DNA of 64,000 nt from Octopus vulgaris (taxonomy: Eukaryota), in assembly GCA_951406725.2 (NCBI GenBank), contig OX597814.1, positions 51,460,001 to 51,524,000 of the forward strand, written 5' to 3'. Below, one piece after another: positions 1-14,000 of this stretch (position 1 is the first letter of the stretch; every line of letters begins with the position of its first letter). The notes under the pieces were generated by a model. That model saw only the letters and a list, made by a program, of their open reading frames with translations, did no database searches and was not told where the DNA came from. A program made the translations under genes and the position numbers.

Positions 1-679
1 ATCTTAGCAGCCAAAATTTCTTTCTACAATATAAACAAAAAAATCAACCAAGTCCTTCCTTGCATATATCATCCCACTAAATACTCATAGCCTGTGAAAC
101 TCAAAAAGGCTGCTTGAAATTCCTCACATGATACTTCTAATAGTATATGCACGATTATTTGAATATCATAATCATTTTTTGTAATCATCGTTAAAGACCA
201 TGTTACATGCTGGCATGGATTGGATGGTTTGACATTATCCAGTTGAGTCCAAGGACTGCATTGTGCTATAATTTTTGTTTTGGCCTGGTTTCTACAGTTG
301 AGTGCCCTTTGTAACACCAACTTCTTTACAGTGTATACTGGGTGCCATGTAACTCATAGGGCTATGACCCTGGGTGAGGTGGAGGGGATCAACTTCAAGC
401 TAGGAGATAAACATGAAAGATAAAATTAATAATAGGGCTGTTGTTATTTTGCCAATTCCTATTTTTAACCATAATATAAAGGATAACTATTTATTATGGC
501 TTGTATCAATCATGGAAAACAAAGTGAGGAAAAGGTAACAGCTTTGGTTTTGGTTTCAAGAGAAGTTGGAAATTCTGGAGGCTGTTGATTTTGGAAAAAT
601 AATACTGCATTTTAGTTTGACATCACTCTGACATTGTCCAGAAGAAGCAACTTTTGGTCTACAACGCAAACACCTAAAG

Positions 680-858
680 CAGTGGTTCCCAACCTGGGGT
701 CTGCGGACACCTGGTTGTCTGCAGAAGTAGTACTGGAGTGGGGGTGGGAGTGAACTAAATTCAAAATTTCATATATATATATATATATATATATAAGGAC
801 GAGCATATTAAATGTGGTCTGTGGGAAAACTCATTTAAATAAGAGTCAAGAACCACTG
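680..858. mobile_element. hAT (Charlie-like) MITE, 179 bp
   Basis: TIRs CAGTGGTTC.../...GAACCACTG; perfect 8-bp TSD ACCTAAAG at 672-679 and 859-866. Confidence 0.9.
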
Positions 859-3258
859 ACCTAAAGTCTGTAATGTTTGAAATATCGATGAAGTAGTTTT
901 TGTCTGGCTTACAAATCAAATAGAGAGAAACATTCTAATTGGCAAGCTGCTTATGCAGGCAAAGCCCTGGATATAGCAAAAGTTTGGATCACTTGAATTT
1001 TCAGACCAGTGTCAAATGACTCAATCAATTTAGTGATTAATAAAGGAGTTGTCTGTGGTGATGTTCCAGTACCCACCATCCCTGCAAAAAAACTGGTTGA
1101 GTAGAAAGCAGAAGAAAGAACAGGAAAATTATTATTCTTATGACAAAGAAGACATATTTAGTGTTGATTGTATTCATATTTGGACCTCATGGAGGCAATG
1201 ACAGGTGACCGAGACCTTTGGCGATATACCATGCTTGTGTAGACTTGTCAAGCCAAGTGAGATCATAGTCATGGCCAATGCTGGTGTCAAGTCAATGGCA
1301 CCCATGCCGGTGGCACGTAAAAGGTACCCATGACACTTTTAGTGGTTGGTGTCAGGAAGGGCATTCAGCTGTAGAAACCTTACCAAATCAGGTTGGAACC
1401 TTATGCAGCTCCTTATTGAAGCAGAATCATGTTGTTGGAAAGCAAATTTCTGACCACACAGACATATATTTCTGTGTTTTTTATTCACCTTGTTTCATTT
1501 TGAAATTTTCATTACAACATATTTTGTTTGACCTTATGAATAATGAAATTTCACCTGCATACAGATCTTTTTTTTTTTTTCTATTGCTGCAAGGTTTACA
1601 CTGATACATTATCTTATATTTCAGTTTAATATTACAACATTAAATCACTGGACTTATTAGATGCATTATTTTAAAATATTTTTGATAGAAACTAAATTTT
1701 GTCTTTCAGCTCTTTAATTTTCGTTAATATCTTTTTGTTTTATAGATTAAATTTGTACGCTCAACATTGGACAATCCACTTTTAGACTTGGCAATTTTAA
1801 CAAAGGCTGATCATTACATTGGAAATTGTATCTCTACATTTTCAGCATTTGGCAAACGATATAGAGATTCATTGAAAAAATCATCATCATTTTGGGCTTT
1901 TGAAAAGAAAACTACAATAAATGAAGAGCTTTGAATTAGTAAAAAAAATAAATAAATAAAAATTGCTGATTAAACTTTTCAGGACACTTTTTTCAAATGC
2001 CAAAGGAATAAAATGCTATATTTTTTTACTTGATAAAGTCCTGTCATGCTAACATCTGCACACATATCAATAAGGAACTGATAACTAGAATTATTTAATC
2101 CAGTTCCCCCTTCTTACTTAGCTGGAGAATACCAAGTCTTTAGAAGCACTGCAAAGTGGTTCAATAAATGCTATTGCTGCAGAACAGTGAAAGATTGAAA
2201 TTGAACTTCTAAAAGTTCTAACAAAAACTTAGAGACATGCTACAAATCAGTGTCATTGATTTTGTTTCCCTTTTATCATAGTCAAGTTCAAAAACATTCC
2301 AGCTAACCTCCTCCCATAATTTAAGTTTTAAGGCGGTAAGAGATTTTCTGCTATTTCTGATAATTCAAACAAATCTGGAAGCACTTTTTTTTGTAAGCTT
2401 ATTAAAGTTACAAGGTGGTATTACTTGGCCTTTTATTACTGCTGAATAAGAAAACTAATGGTCAAAGACTTTCCAGGCGTGGCTATCATGTCCTTTCACA
2501 AACATGTAGGAATATATTATATACAATGTATTTCATTTTTCAAAAGTGTAATAAGATAGAAATTTGGCTGCTATTTCTATCAACTTGAGCAACAAAATGG
2601 AGGCTCCTTAATTCAAGTCATAAGTGATACAAGTGAATCCAGTGGCCTATTGTTATGTTACATGACAGTAATATAATATTGAGCTCCCTATTATTACAGA
2701 TATACATTTCCGTCACTATCCCCACTTTCAAATCCCAAAATTTCTTCACTAGGCCATTATGACAGATGATTTCCAACACACTTTAAAACAGGATTCTAGC
2801 AGTGTGGAATACCAAAATTCTGACACAATTTTTATCAAACAGAATCATATTATAAGTCGGCAACTCATAGCATGTGTTTAGTAAGCTAACAGGAGATGTC
2901 TATATGGCTGGTTACCCTGTAAGATATAGCAGCCAAGTATCTTTCAAATCACTCTATCTTAAAAGACAGAAAAATAAAACAGAGTGGTCACAATTGGAAT
3001 GCTCCTGATCATAGGTCTGATTTATCAGGGCTGATGTAAGGCCAAACAAATTTCAGTTCTAGTAATAGATTTCAAATTTTCAGTTTAAACATACAACAGT
3101 TATTTATACATGTCAGTCTTACATAAAATCATGCATATTATAAGTGCCTTTGTAAACATATATTCATTCATCTCCAACACAGATGAAAGAAAAGTTTTAA
3201 ATAAAACAAATTAATATAAGGAAAAAAAAGATAAACAACTTTTGAAACATTGATAAAA

Positions 3259-3264
3259 TTTATT
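3259..3264 (-). promoter_or_regulatory. Candidate AASS polyadenylation signal (AATAAA), implying a 3' UTR of about 1 kb
   Basis: First minus-strand AATAAA I found after the stop, followed by a U/GU-rich tract (revcomp of ~3200-3240). AT-rich DNA makes chance hits likely. Confidence 0.45.
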
Positions 3265-4283
3265 GCATTTCTCAATTTGAATCATATTTACAGTCACAAT
3301 GATCTGTGTTTTGCAGAATATTAGTTGTTAAAAGTAAGTAAATGAAAAATAAGTAGAAACAGTGAAATCGATTCCTGCTGAAAATTTATCAGTCTCTTGT
3401 ATCTCTTGAAATAAAAACTAAAAATCAAAACTTTTATGAGAAATCCTTTAGTTTTCTATTATTGTTTTCATATATTTATAATTGTGTCAGAATTGATGTA
3501 GTTTTCTAAGTGGTTTATAAATTGTTTTTTAAATTACCTACCAAGATATAGACTTATAGAAATTAATTTTTAGAAAATGAAATCATTCTGAGAATTGACA
3601 TGCAGTTGGTTCCATTTTCCAAAATGCTCTGCTTTACATAGAAATTTTTTACTTTCGTTTTTTAAGGATTAAATTTCCCTTTTTACAAATAGTTTGATAT
3701 GGTCTTGAGTTCTCTTCTAATGGCATGAAAATTCTATAAAAATTAGTGAACCTACTACCAAATAAATTCTAGTTAATTCTTCATTTCAAACAAATTATAG
3801 TCTCATAAATTTTAGCTTCTGATTGTCTTAACTGTTCAGAATTATTAATTCTATAAATTCTAAAACACAGTAAAATACTGATCATTATTATTAAAACTTC
3901 AACTTTCCTGATAATTGGATTTATAGAAAAAGTAAAAATTTTGATACTGATTATTGCTTAATCATTGCACATGCTCAATTAGTGTGTGATGTGAAAATGT
4001 ATAGAAAATAGTTTTATATAAAAACAAACAGGAACATGTATTGAGCTTCAAATGTGTAATAAAAACAATACTATACACCCTATTTTTCTTTTTAAGATAG
4101 AGACTATCCTAATGAATAGGTTTTGAATCACAAAGGGGTCTATCTGCATCACAATGTTTACAGATCATAAATTTTAAAAAATACTTTTTCTTGATTTATA
4201 TCTCATTTCATTACAGTTGCTTTCATATCCATGAAGGTAAATAATTTTTTTTTACTACTAAGAACAGAAATCAAAGTCAAGCT

Positions 4284-4402
4284 TTAGTTCAAATTAATTT
4301 CACTTTCTGTTGCACAAATACCCTCTTGTTTGAGACGTTTGAGAATGGGGCTGTAAATATCTGGTGATAAGGGTACAACAATTCCTTTTTTCTGAATTTC
4401 AC
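4284..4402 (-). CDS. AASS: AASS last coding exon, 119 nt: (S)[38 protein letters not shown]
   Basis: tttgcag acceptor; TAA stop at 4286-4284. Confidence 0.95.
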
Positions 4403-5053
4403 CTGCAAATAATGAAATGTTATATTAGTTTAAATCTAAAGACAGGAGAAGAGTCAAGTATGAATACAGTTATTTGGTTTTTATCAGAACATCCTGTAAA
4501 TCTGATGAGCTTAGCTTAGTCTCTTTTTCAATACAATATTTTGTACATAGCGTACATGACATCTATATTATTTCTAGGGATATATATTAGTTTGTTTTTT
4601 TTTAAAGTTCCTTCAGCTAAGATATATAATATGAATTTTTGGGGTAGTAAAAATGGGTACCACAACAAAGGATATTAGTTAAGTAAGAATGTTGAAACGG
4701 TAAAACTTCACTGTTGGGAGTCCATTTTTATTATAAATAATTCTGGTAGTATTCATTTTCAATAGCCTATACAAAGATAGAATCCCAACATTTCCATTTA
4801 ATGAAACACTTCAGTTATGCAGTATCTCAACTTCATACAGCACTAAGCAAACAATCTATCTTTTCTACAAAAGCTAGATTACATCATATATATATATATA
4901 TATTCTAAAGAATATATTTATATTTTAAAATATTATTTACGTATATTTATTAATTATTTTATTATTGTAGTTTATTTTTAACCTGATGAGTGGCTTATAT
5001 TTATATCAAAGTGATTTTTTTTACTGTAAGTTAGGATTAATATTCCCTCAAAT

Positions 5054-5092
<39 letters not shown>

Positions 5093-8000
5093 TAGAGATA
5101 CGAGATTTCCTACTTGTTTTAGAAAAGAATAAACTAACTTAAATGTGTAATAGGAATCAGACAAAGAAATTTATGAAGGGGGAATGATTGCAATGATTTG
5201 GATTTGTAATGCAGGTAAATAATATATGCTGAATAATGGAATGTATGAGCTAGGAACTGACAATAGCAATAGTAAATGTAGACCAAGTAAAACTTTGTTT
5301 AAAGTAGACACTATATGAAAGAATAATGGCTCTTGGAAAAAAGCCACTGGAAATATAAAACTACTTGTTCTATAAATCAATACAACTCAGCTGTTGTATT
5401 GGAATGCACACTGCTCATGATAAGTACAGAAGAATAGTAACTTTGCCTATTTATGTTGTGGCCACCATCAGAATGAGGATGAACATATAAGTGGCTATCT
5501 GACTTGCTAGAAATAACAGCCAAATCCCCATCAAACCCATACCTTAGTGTCTTAAGAAGAAGATACACTAGATAATGTTTAAGTAAATGCACATGGTAAG
5601 AATGGTCACAGGTATTTTATCAGCTTGCTCAGTCAGAGCTAATGTGTGGCTGAACTACAACAGCCATACAGAAATGGAATGTAAGGTAGAGACAGTAAAT
5701 ACATGTCCAGCCTGTCACACTGTATTGATATCATTAACTACAGTATATCAGTATATGTTGTGAGGTCAACCAAGACATGATATAGTCAGAACAAATTGTT
5801 GGAAAGCACCTAGTCACTTGACTGACCACCTGAATACCATAGGTTTATTCAATTAGAGCTCACTGAGGACAACACAACAATTAAGCTGTTGGCAGTCAAT
5901 ACTTTACAGCATCAAGTGGCATGCTTGTAAAACTGATTTGACTCCCATTATCCTTTTAATACATGTTCAAGACAAAAAATTTATACTGAAATACACTGGA
6001 GTAAATATTCTCCATTATGTTCTTTCTACTCCAGCATCGCCACAGCCTTTGGGCTGAAACGCATAAAAGAATAAAGTTTGTTAAGAGGCTTACTTTCTAG
6101 AACCATCTTGGTAGCAATAGCACATGGTAAACCAACAGTTTTTGCCATAGCTGATGCTCCATTTGAGTCACCATACACACAAAGTCCAATGTTTCGTAAA
6201 ACACGAGTTTTATCAGGCCAAGTAAATTCAATCTGATGACGCATCAATAAAACATCACGTTCTCCTTTTTCTAAAAATATAATTTGTAAAATTTTAATAT
6301 TGTAAAAGAAAGAATTTTAAGCAAAATAGCAAATCAAAAAACATGGAACTAGATTAACTGAAATTGAAAACATGTAATATATTTTTACAGTACTCACGGT
6401 AGGATAATCGCTTTGCCAAATAGTTAGAGATTGTGTCCAAGGGGCTCCCTCTTTTGTCAATTAATTCTTCTTCTAGGAGACCAAGACTAAGTAACCACAA
6501 GAGAATACACAAGTATTTTTAAAGTAAGTTACACAATCAATGTATTCAACACAGATATTTTCAGAGAGATAAAAGATTTATATGCTTACTAATATGTTGC
6601 AGCAATATGCCAACAACACCTAAAGGAATTCACTCACCACTACAAACTAATAGTTTCCAATTGCTATATGATTTACAAGATGACCAGACAAAAAGCAAAT
6701 GTGCATCACATGATATGCAAACTCACACATCTTAACAGCAGCAGAGCTTTCATGATTGCTTTGTAAATAGCATTCCCACTGATAAAGCCTCAATATTTGT
6801 TGCCCATTTTGCTTCAAATTCCATGTAATGCACACCTCTCAAGATCACTTTTTCTGTTTCATTTATCTTACTACCACATATAAAATCTTTTCTAATCACT
6901 TTGATGCAATATGATAAGTTTCCTAGACTGCACTACAGAGCTAACTCCTATCTTTACCATATTTCTAATCCTCTTTATAAAGGAGCCTATCCCTAATTAC
7001 GGAAACTTAACAACAGTATGTCCTTTTACTAATTATGCCAACTAACAATCAACCACCCTCACTTCAAACATCTGGAAAGTGATGGAAATGATTGTAAATA
7101 ATAACCTCCTTCATTTCTTTCCCTCTTCAATGACCACTAATATGGATTCCATAGAGCTGGAAGACCAGAGGTCTGCTCTCCTACATCATATATCAATTGT
7201 CTTTTGTTCTTGAGAAGATCAACAAAAGCAACACTACACTTTGGTCTTAGTTAACCAAAAAAGCTTTCAAAAGTGTCTGTCCCAAAACCCTATAGCTGTG
7301 TCACTCATCTTTTGAGTTGTAAGAAACATTTCATTGTAGAGCATTCATTAGGGCTTTCTCAGACCCACTGTTTATCAATAGTCAGTATGATTACCCACAG
7401 TAGTGACTCATAAAAAGTATAGTACAACAAGATAAGAAATTATAATGCAATAAAGTCACTACAATATGATACTGGTACAGAGAAATTAATAGCGTTTATC
7501 ATAGTTGAAATAAATGGTAACACTTACTCTTCAATAAAAGCCAAACGTTCAGCATTACATTCAAGTCTTCCATAAATGAGATCTCTGAGTGAGTCCACAA
7601 GAATGTCAGGGGATTTCCCCATCAATTCACACATATAGGCTTTCTGAAAATTAAACACACAAAAACAAATAACTGCAATTCCAGAGACCCAAAATATTTG
7701 GTTCTGAACAATTACTAATTCTACAGACTATCTATTGCCATTAATAGCAGCTGTTTGAGGGTGCTTATAACATATCCCAGTTATCAGGATTATAAGCAGA
7801 TGAGAACACATTTCCTCCATGATAGTATATTAGCTTATGATAGATTTATGTATTCAGCAAGATTTGAGCCAAGTACCTTCAAGATAATGAAACAGTCATC
7901 AATTACTGCTTTCATAGTTTACAGTGATTATTTATCTTTGTTCTTATGATGTGTATAGCCTTTCTCAAAAATATACAATACTGCATATGCATTAGACTAT

Positions 8001-11000
8001 ACATAACTCATTCCTCTTTAGTCATTGCAGACTCTCTTCATTTAGTGCCTAAGCTTCTGTTATGCTATATAACTGTAAAATCACTTGTTTTCTGACAACC
8101 CTGCTCTCTGTGTGGAAAACACATGCTCTTTTCTGCGAAGAAAAAGATTCAGAAAAGTCTTTGTGGAAAAGATTTGGTTTGCCTTTAGTATTTAGAAAGA
8201 AACTCCACATTGTTAAAAGAAATAATATTTCTCTGAATGTCATCACTCAAGTTCTTCACTTTTACGAGATCTTCCTCCAGCATTAATTTATAGCTAGTAA
8301 AATTTATATATTACTTTCTGCAGTACCTTTGAACAGTCAATACAATTCCATTGTATCTAAAAGTCTAGTACTTTATTACTCAGCATTCTACACATCTAAT
8401 ATTTCTACTGATAATCAAATTACTAGTTATAATAAACTCCAATAGCTTACCCAAGTAATTGGGGGTCCATTTTCATGTAAGTGAGGGCATTCCATAGACT
8501 GCAACAGTCCAAGTTGTAGAAGAGCTTTGGCACTGTTTGAAAACCCCTAGAATTACAAAACAGTTTCTTTGTTTTTAAAAATCAAAAATTCAGACTGGTG
8601 TTTAAATGGAACATCTCTATTCCACAAAGTTTATATCTATTTCTAAGCAAGAAGTTGTATGGTCAAGAAGTCTGTTTTGCAGCATGTAGTCCCAGGTTTG
8701 ATTCCCTTGTTCAGCACCTTGGGAAAGAGTTTCTTACTGTTGCCCAAAGCCTTGTGAGTGAAATTTAGTGGACAGAAATAGTGCAGAAACCTGCATGTGT
8801 GTGTATGTGCGTGCCTCTCTCTCTCTCTCACACATATTCTATGAGATCAATACTAGAAGGGTGAAGATAACAGCATAGTGTTGCAGAATTTTGTTATTGG
8901 TAGAAGTTAATCAAAAATAAACAAAGGAATTCAAGACAGGATACCTCTGGGAGCTTCTCTTTGCTGATGACCTTGCTCTAATAGCTGAATCACTATCAGA
9001 ACTAGAGGAGAAGTTTCAGGTGTGGAAGCAAGGATTAGAATCGAAGGGGCCTTAGAGTCAACCTAGCTAAAACCAAAGTCTTAATAAGTAGGAAGACAGA
9101 CAAACCACAAATCCCTTCAGGTAGATGGCCCTGTTTAATCTGTAGAAAAGGTGTAGGTAGAAACTCTGTAAGATGTACCAAGTCTAAGCTATGGACACAT
9201 AAGAGGTGCAGCAATATCAAAGGAAGGCTAGCTGGAAAGATAGTAAGCACCATTCGAGCATGATCGTTACCAGCATCGCCTTACTGGCACTTGTGCCGGT
9301 GGTATGTGAAAAACAACATTCGAGCAAGGTCATTGTCAGTGCCACTGGACTGGCTCCTGTGCTGATGGCACGTAAAAAACACCATTTGAGCATAGCTGTT
9401 GCCATTATCGTGTAACTGGCCCTCGTGCTGGTGGCATGTAAAAGCACCCACTACATTCTCAGAGTGGTTGGCATTAGGAAGGGCATCCAGCTGTAGAAAT
9501 TCTGCCAGATCAGATCGGAGCCTGGTGCAGCCATCTGGCTCACCAGTCCTCAGTCAAACTGTCCAGCCCATGCCAGCATGGAAAGTGGACGTTAAACGAT
9601 GATGATGATGAAACTATTTTTTGGCCACTGAAAGGAAATACAACCTTTGGGTAAAAACATTTGCTATCTGAGAAGCATGGAACACCTTGAATTGCTTTGT
9701 GCCTAGAAGGCATGTTAATGTGTTCTGTCCATGTGTTGATGTTGCCCAACCACACTAATTTGTTTAACATTCAGACCACTCTGTCAAATGTGATGCTTTA
9801 TTCACACTGCTTTGAATTAATTATTCATTATCTTAAAGCTTTGATAGTGTAATTGTTTATTTTTAGAATGACATCATAGGGTAGGTGCAAGAGGCAAGTT
9901 CTAGCCAGTTTGAACATAGAATAGGTAAAATATTTTGGGCAGCCAGGCAGAAGACTTGCATCAGAAACAGAAGCCTGGTGTTGTCTTTTGTCTGGCTGGC
10001 TCTTGTCAAACTGTCCAACCCATGCCAACATAGAAGGCGGATATTAAATGATGATGAAATCAGTTTAAATGTTAATGGGTTAATCATTGTCGGAAGGGTT
10101 TTTACAAATCTTTCTATTCAGAATAGAAAGTATGTTGACATGGTGAGAAATGTTAAGGATACATATGTGGATGAAGTGACAAAGAAAGTATATGTAGAAT
10201 TAAAGAAATATCTGGTGAAACCTGGATTAACAGTGTTTTAGAGATCTTGAGTAAAGAGAAGTAATTGAGCAGAAACACCTAATTAGCGTATTACTAAAAT
10301 ATACAAGTATTTAAAAGGAAATTATTTTAACTAGCAGGACTCGTGAATATTTCATGAAATTAATGGTAAACCTGTTGGGTTATTTCTGAAAACTTTATCC
10401 AAAAAACCTGAAAGCACATGGTACCGATCAATGATTACTTAATGCACTTTATATATACACTTTGTATACTTCATGCACAATTTTATGAGCTTAATATTCA
10501 CTCTTATTTTTCCATTTTTATCATAAACAAAAACAAAATATCCCGTATATATGATACAACCCTTAGTTAAATTGCATATATCAGCCACATAAATAAGCAT
10601 AAATATTTCATGGAATTGCACTTATGCTTGCATTTACGTGACAGGTGATACAAAAAACTTAATTCAGTTAAAAAAAAACACTTTTCACTATCCGATCACT
10701 ACTACCACCTCCATCCCTTCTCTTTGCCTTTCAATAACCTCTCCATCAGAACATCACTCCTCTGCTAGAATTATATTTTTAACTCTCCTCCTCTACCTTC
10801 AATTAACTTTTAACCATGTAATAAATATTACATTCTCCCTACCTTACATCATAGATGCTTCTCTCTCCCTCTTTCTGTCTCACTCTTTGACTTACCCTCT
10901 TTTTTCTCTCCTTTTTCTTTCTCCTCTCTTTCCCTTCAACTAATCACGTGAAAACATTACAATTACAGTTCCTTTACCTCACATCATGGACGCTTCTCTT

Positions 11001-14000
11001 TCCCTCTTTTTCTCTAATCACATGAAAGCATTACCGACAGGTTAAGTAATGCAATGATAAGCAGAATTGTTATAAGATTAAAGTAACAGAAGAAATTGAG
11101 TAAGAAAGTAATGCAATTTTTATTTGCATTACTTTCTGGCTCACCCTTGTAATAATGAACTATCATCAAAGTTACTAAACAGTTTAAGACTTTTTATATC
11201 TTTATCATGTAAATTTTTGATTGATTGATTGATTGATTGATTCTAGTTTCAGCTTATGAGCTGTGGCCATGCTGGGGCACCATATTTTTTTTAGAAGAAA
11301 CAACTTTATTTTGGCCTACGTTATAGCGTATGGTTCCTCTGACGCAAGTTTGAGCATCACCAATGTCATATCGATCAATATACGCTGTAGAATCTCTGTT
11401 TGGGAAACCTTCAATATTGAAACCTGGTAGGAAATCAAGTTTACGAACTACATCCAGTAAAGTGCCACCTGATTCAATTTCAATCTCCTGGAATATAAAT
11501 TGAAAAACAAAGTGTATTGGTTACATGATGTCTTGAAAAAGAATGCAAAATCTAAGAGATATTTAATTTATAAAAAAAAAAAATTCATTCAAGTTTATTG
11601 TTAGTCAAATTGGCAAAATGACAAATATATATATATATATGACTGTAAATTAACAATTTATTAGAACTAAAGAAAAAAAATTACAACTTACTTTTCCTTT
11701 ATCTAAGTACTTTGCTCCAGCTAACAGATTCAATAAGACACCTCTAGGAGACCAACTGAAAGATGAATCCAAGAACAAAGTATTAATATGAATATTATCT
11801 CACAACACCAATCTCAAAAAGTCTTCATGTGAACGTGACCTGGGTGTTATTGTCGACAGTGATTTGCGTTGGACAAAACACATCGCTAAAATTGTCAAGA
11901 AGGCTGAGGGTGTCTTGGCATCACTCACCAAATCCTTTGTGAGCCGCTCTCCGGCTATCTATCTGCGGCTTTATATAGGTATGGTAAGACCTCACCTGGA
12001 ATTTGCATCACCGGTCTGGAACCCCTATCTTGCCCAGGATATCAATCGTCTGGAAGCTGTTCAGCGACGTGCAACCAAAAGAATACCCTCCATCAGGCAT
12101 TTGCCATATCCTGAACGCCTTACTTCCCTGGGCATGGACACATTGAAACTCCAACGTCTGGCAGCTGACTTGGCAGACACCCATAAAATTATCAACCATC
12201 ATACAAACAATAACTCTGAGCACCTTTTCAAACTCCACCCATCTAACACCCGTGGACATATTTACAAAGTAAGAAAACAGCACAGCTCCCATGACTTCAG
12301 GAAACATTTTTTCACGCTGAGAGTTGCTGAAGCATGGAACAAACTGCCGGCATCAGTTGTTAGTTGTCGGAGCACTGCATCCTTCAAAACTTCCATGCTT
12401 TCTGAGATTCGCCAACACTACACCTGATTTTCTCCCCTCCATACACACACAGGCATGTATCTGACTCATACATTGTTCGCTTTCCAGACATTTCTACATT
12501 ACTGCATGTACTTTATATGCACTTTCTGACAAGTTGTGGTGCACCTGAGCACTGTATACAATAATTTCATTATTATTATTATATAAAGCTGAAGTTGTCT
12601 GTGTGTGGCAGGTTTGGTAGCCTTCAACTAACACTATCTCCTTCGAGTCCCTGAGGCACAAGTTGACCAAAATTGAAAGTATGGTAGAAGAAGGCTTGCT
12701 CTTCATTCCGTAGAAGATAAAATTCAAATCGGACCATGTTAAGACCAAAAATTATTTACATCAAAAAGGTGCTTTTTTCCTATGAAAATCTCCATTTTTT
12801 ACGATTTTTTTACTGCTGTGTCGCCATTTTTCAGTGTATTTCAATCAGAAAAATGTTCACTTAAAGAGAATAACAAGCTACATAATGCAAAATTTTTAGT
12901 TTTCAAAAATTCCAATTCTAAAGAGTTGAAACAAACCTGAGCAATGCCGGGCGATACTGCTAGTATATGATAAATCTATCTGATTACACATGCATACAAA
13001 ATGAACGAGAGTGAGGAAGATCATATCAACAGAGTTTGAAGCTCTCAAGAAATCAATACCAATGGATTGTGTCCGTAACTAATACTCTTAAATCTGAATC
13101 TTTTGAGTTCACCTAGTTCTGCGCAGATGTTCATTTTAGTTCAAGTACAAAACTAATAAAAGAAATACTTGTAAAACACGAAGCTGATTCAAACAACCAA
13201 ATCTCCAAGCCAACAAAAGAACATCTTTAGTTATTAGACTGGCTGAAATAGCAGCTAAATCATCCTCAAGTCACATACTAGCATCTTAGAAAAGATAGAA
13301 CACGTTAAATAATAATGAAGTCCTGTATGACCCTAAAGAGATGAATGGTGATGGCAGGAATTTGATCTTAGGTTTGTTTGATCAGAACCAACTTGCTACA
13401 AAGCAACAAATAGATTTTTTTTTTTTTGTTTATCTAAAAGAAATCAATTAATTTTGTTGAAGAGATCAATAATTGCAACTTACCTAAATTTGTATCTAAG
13501 TGGACAATCTGAGAATTCAGGAGCTGGTAAACCACCACACCAAGATGTAAAAGAATTAATCTGTAGATCAAAATGAAATATGTAAATATATTCCAAAGCC
13601 AACCAAATTAAACAACAATATATATATATATGAACATCAATGGAATTTGTATCTTGTGGTACCAGTGCTTGTGGCACACAAGAAATCCATCAGTGCTGTA
13701 GTCAGTGCGGTGGGCACATGACAAACACCATCCGATCGTGGCCGTTCGCCAGCCTCATCTAGCACCTGTGTCGGTGGCACATAAAAACACCATCCGAAGA
13801 CCCGGCAAGACTAGTCAGGCCATAACCCATGGCCCCTACCTGGGACGTAGTCAGTCCACCTGTGCATACCTTCCTTCTTGTGACACTTGTGAAGACCTGT
13901 TGAGGCAAGTGAAAATCAAATCAAAACAAATCAAAATAGATGAACATCAATGGAATTTGTATCTTTGTGGTACCAGTGCCGGTGGCACGTGGCACATAAG

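Noticed and set aside
4502-5010. CTGATGAG hammerhead-core hits at ~4502 and ~4983
   Set aside because: No stem II followed by GAAA and no closing helices.
11864-12427. 187-aa ORF (and 24723..25250) as nested host genes
   Set aside because: These are C-termini of CR1 ORF2 in 5'-truncated copies with (ATT)n tails.
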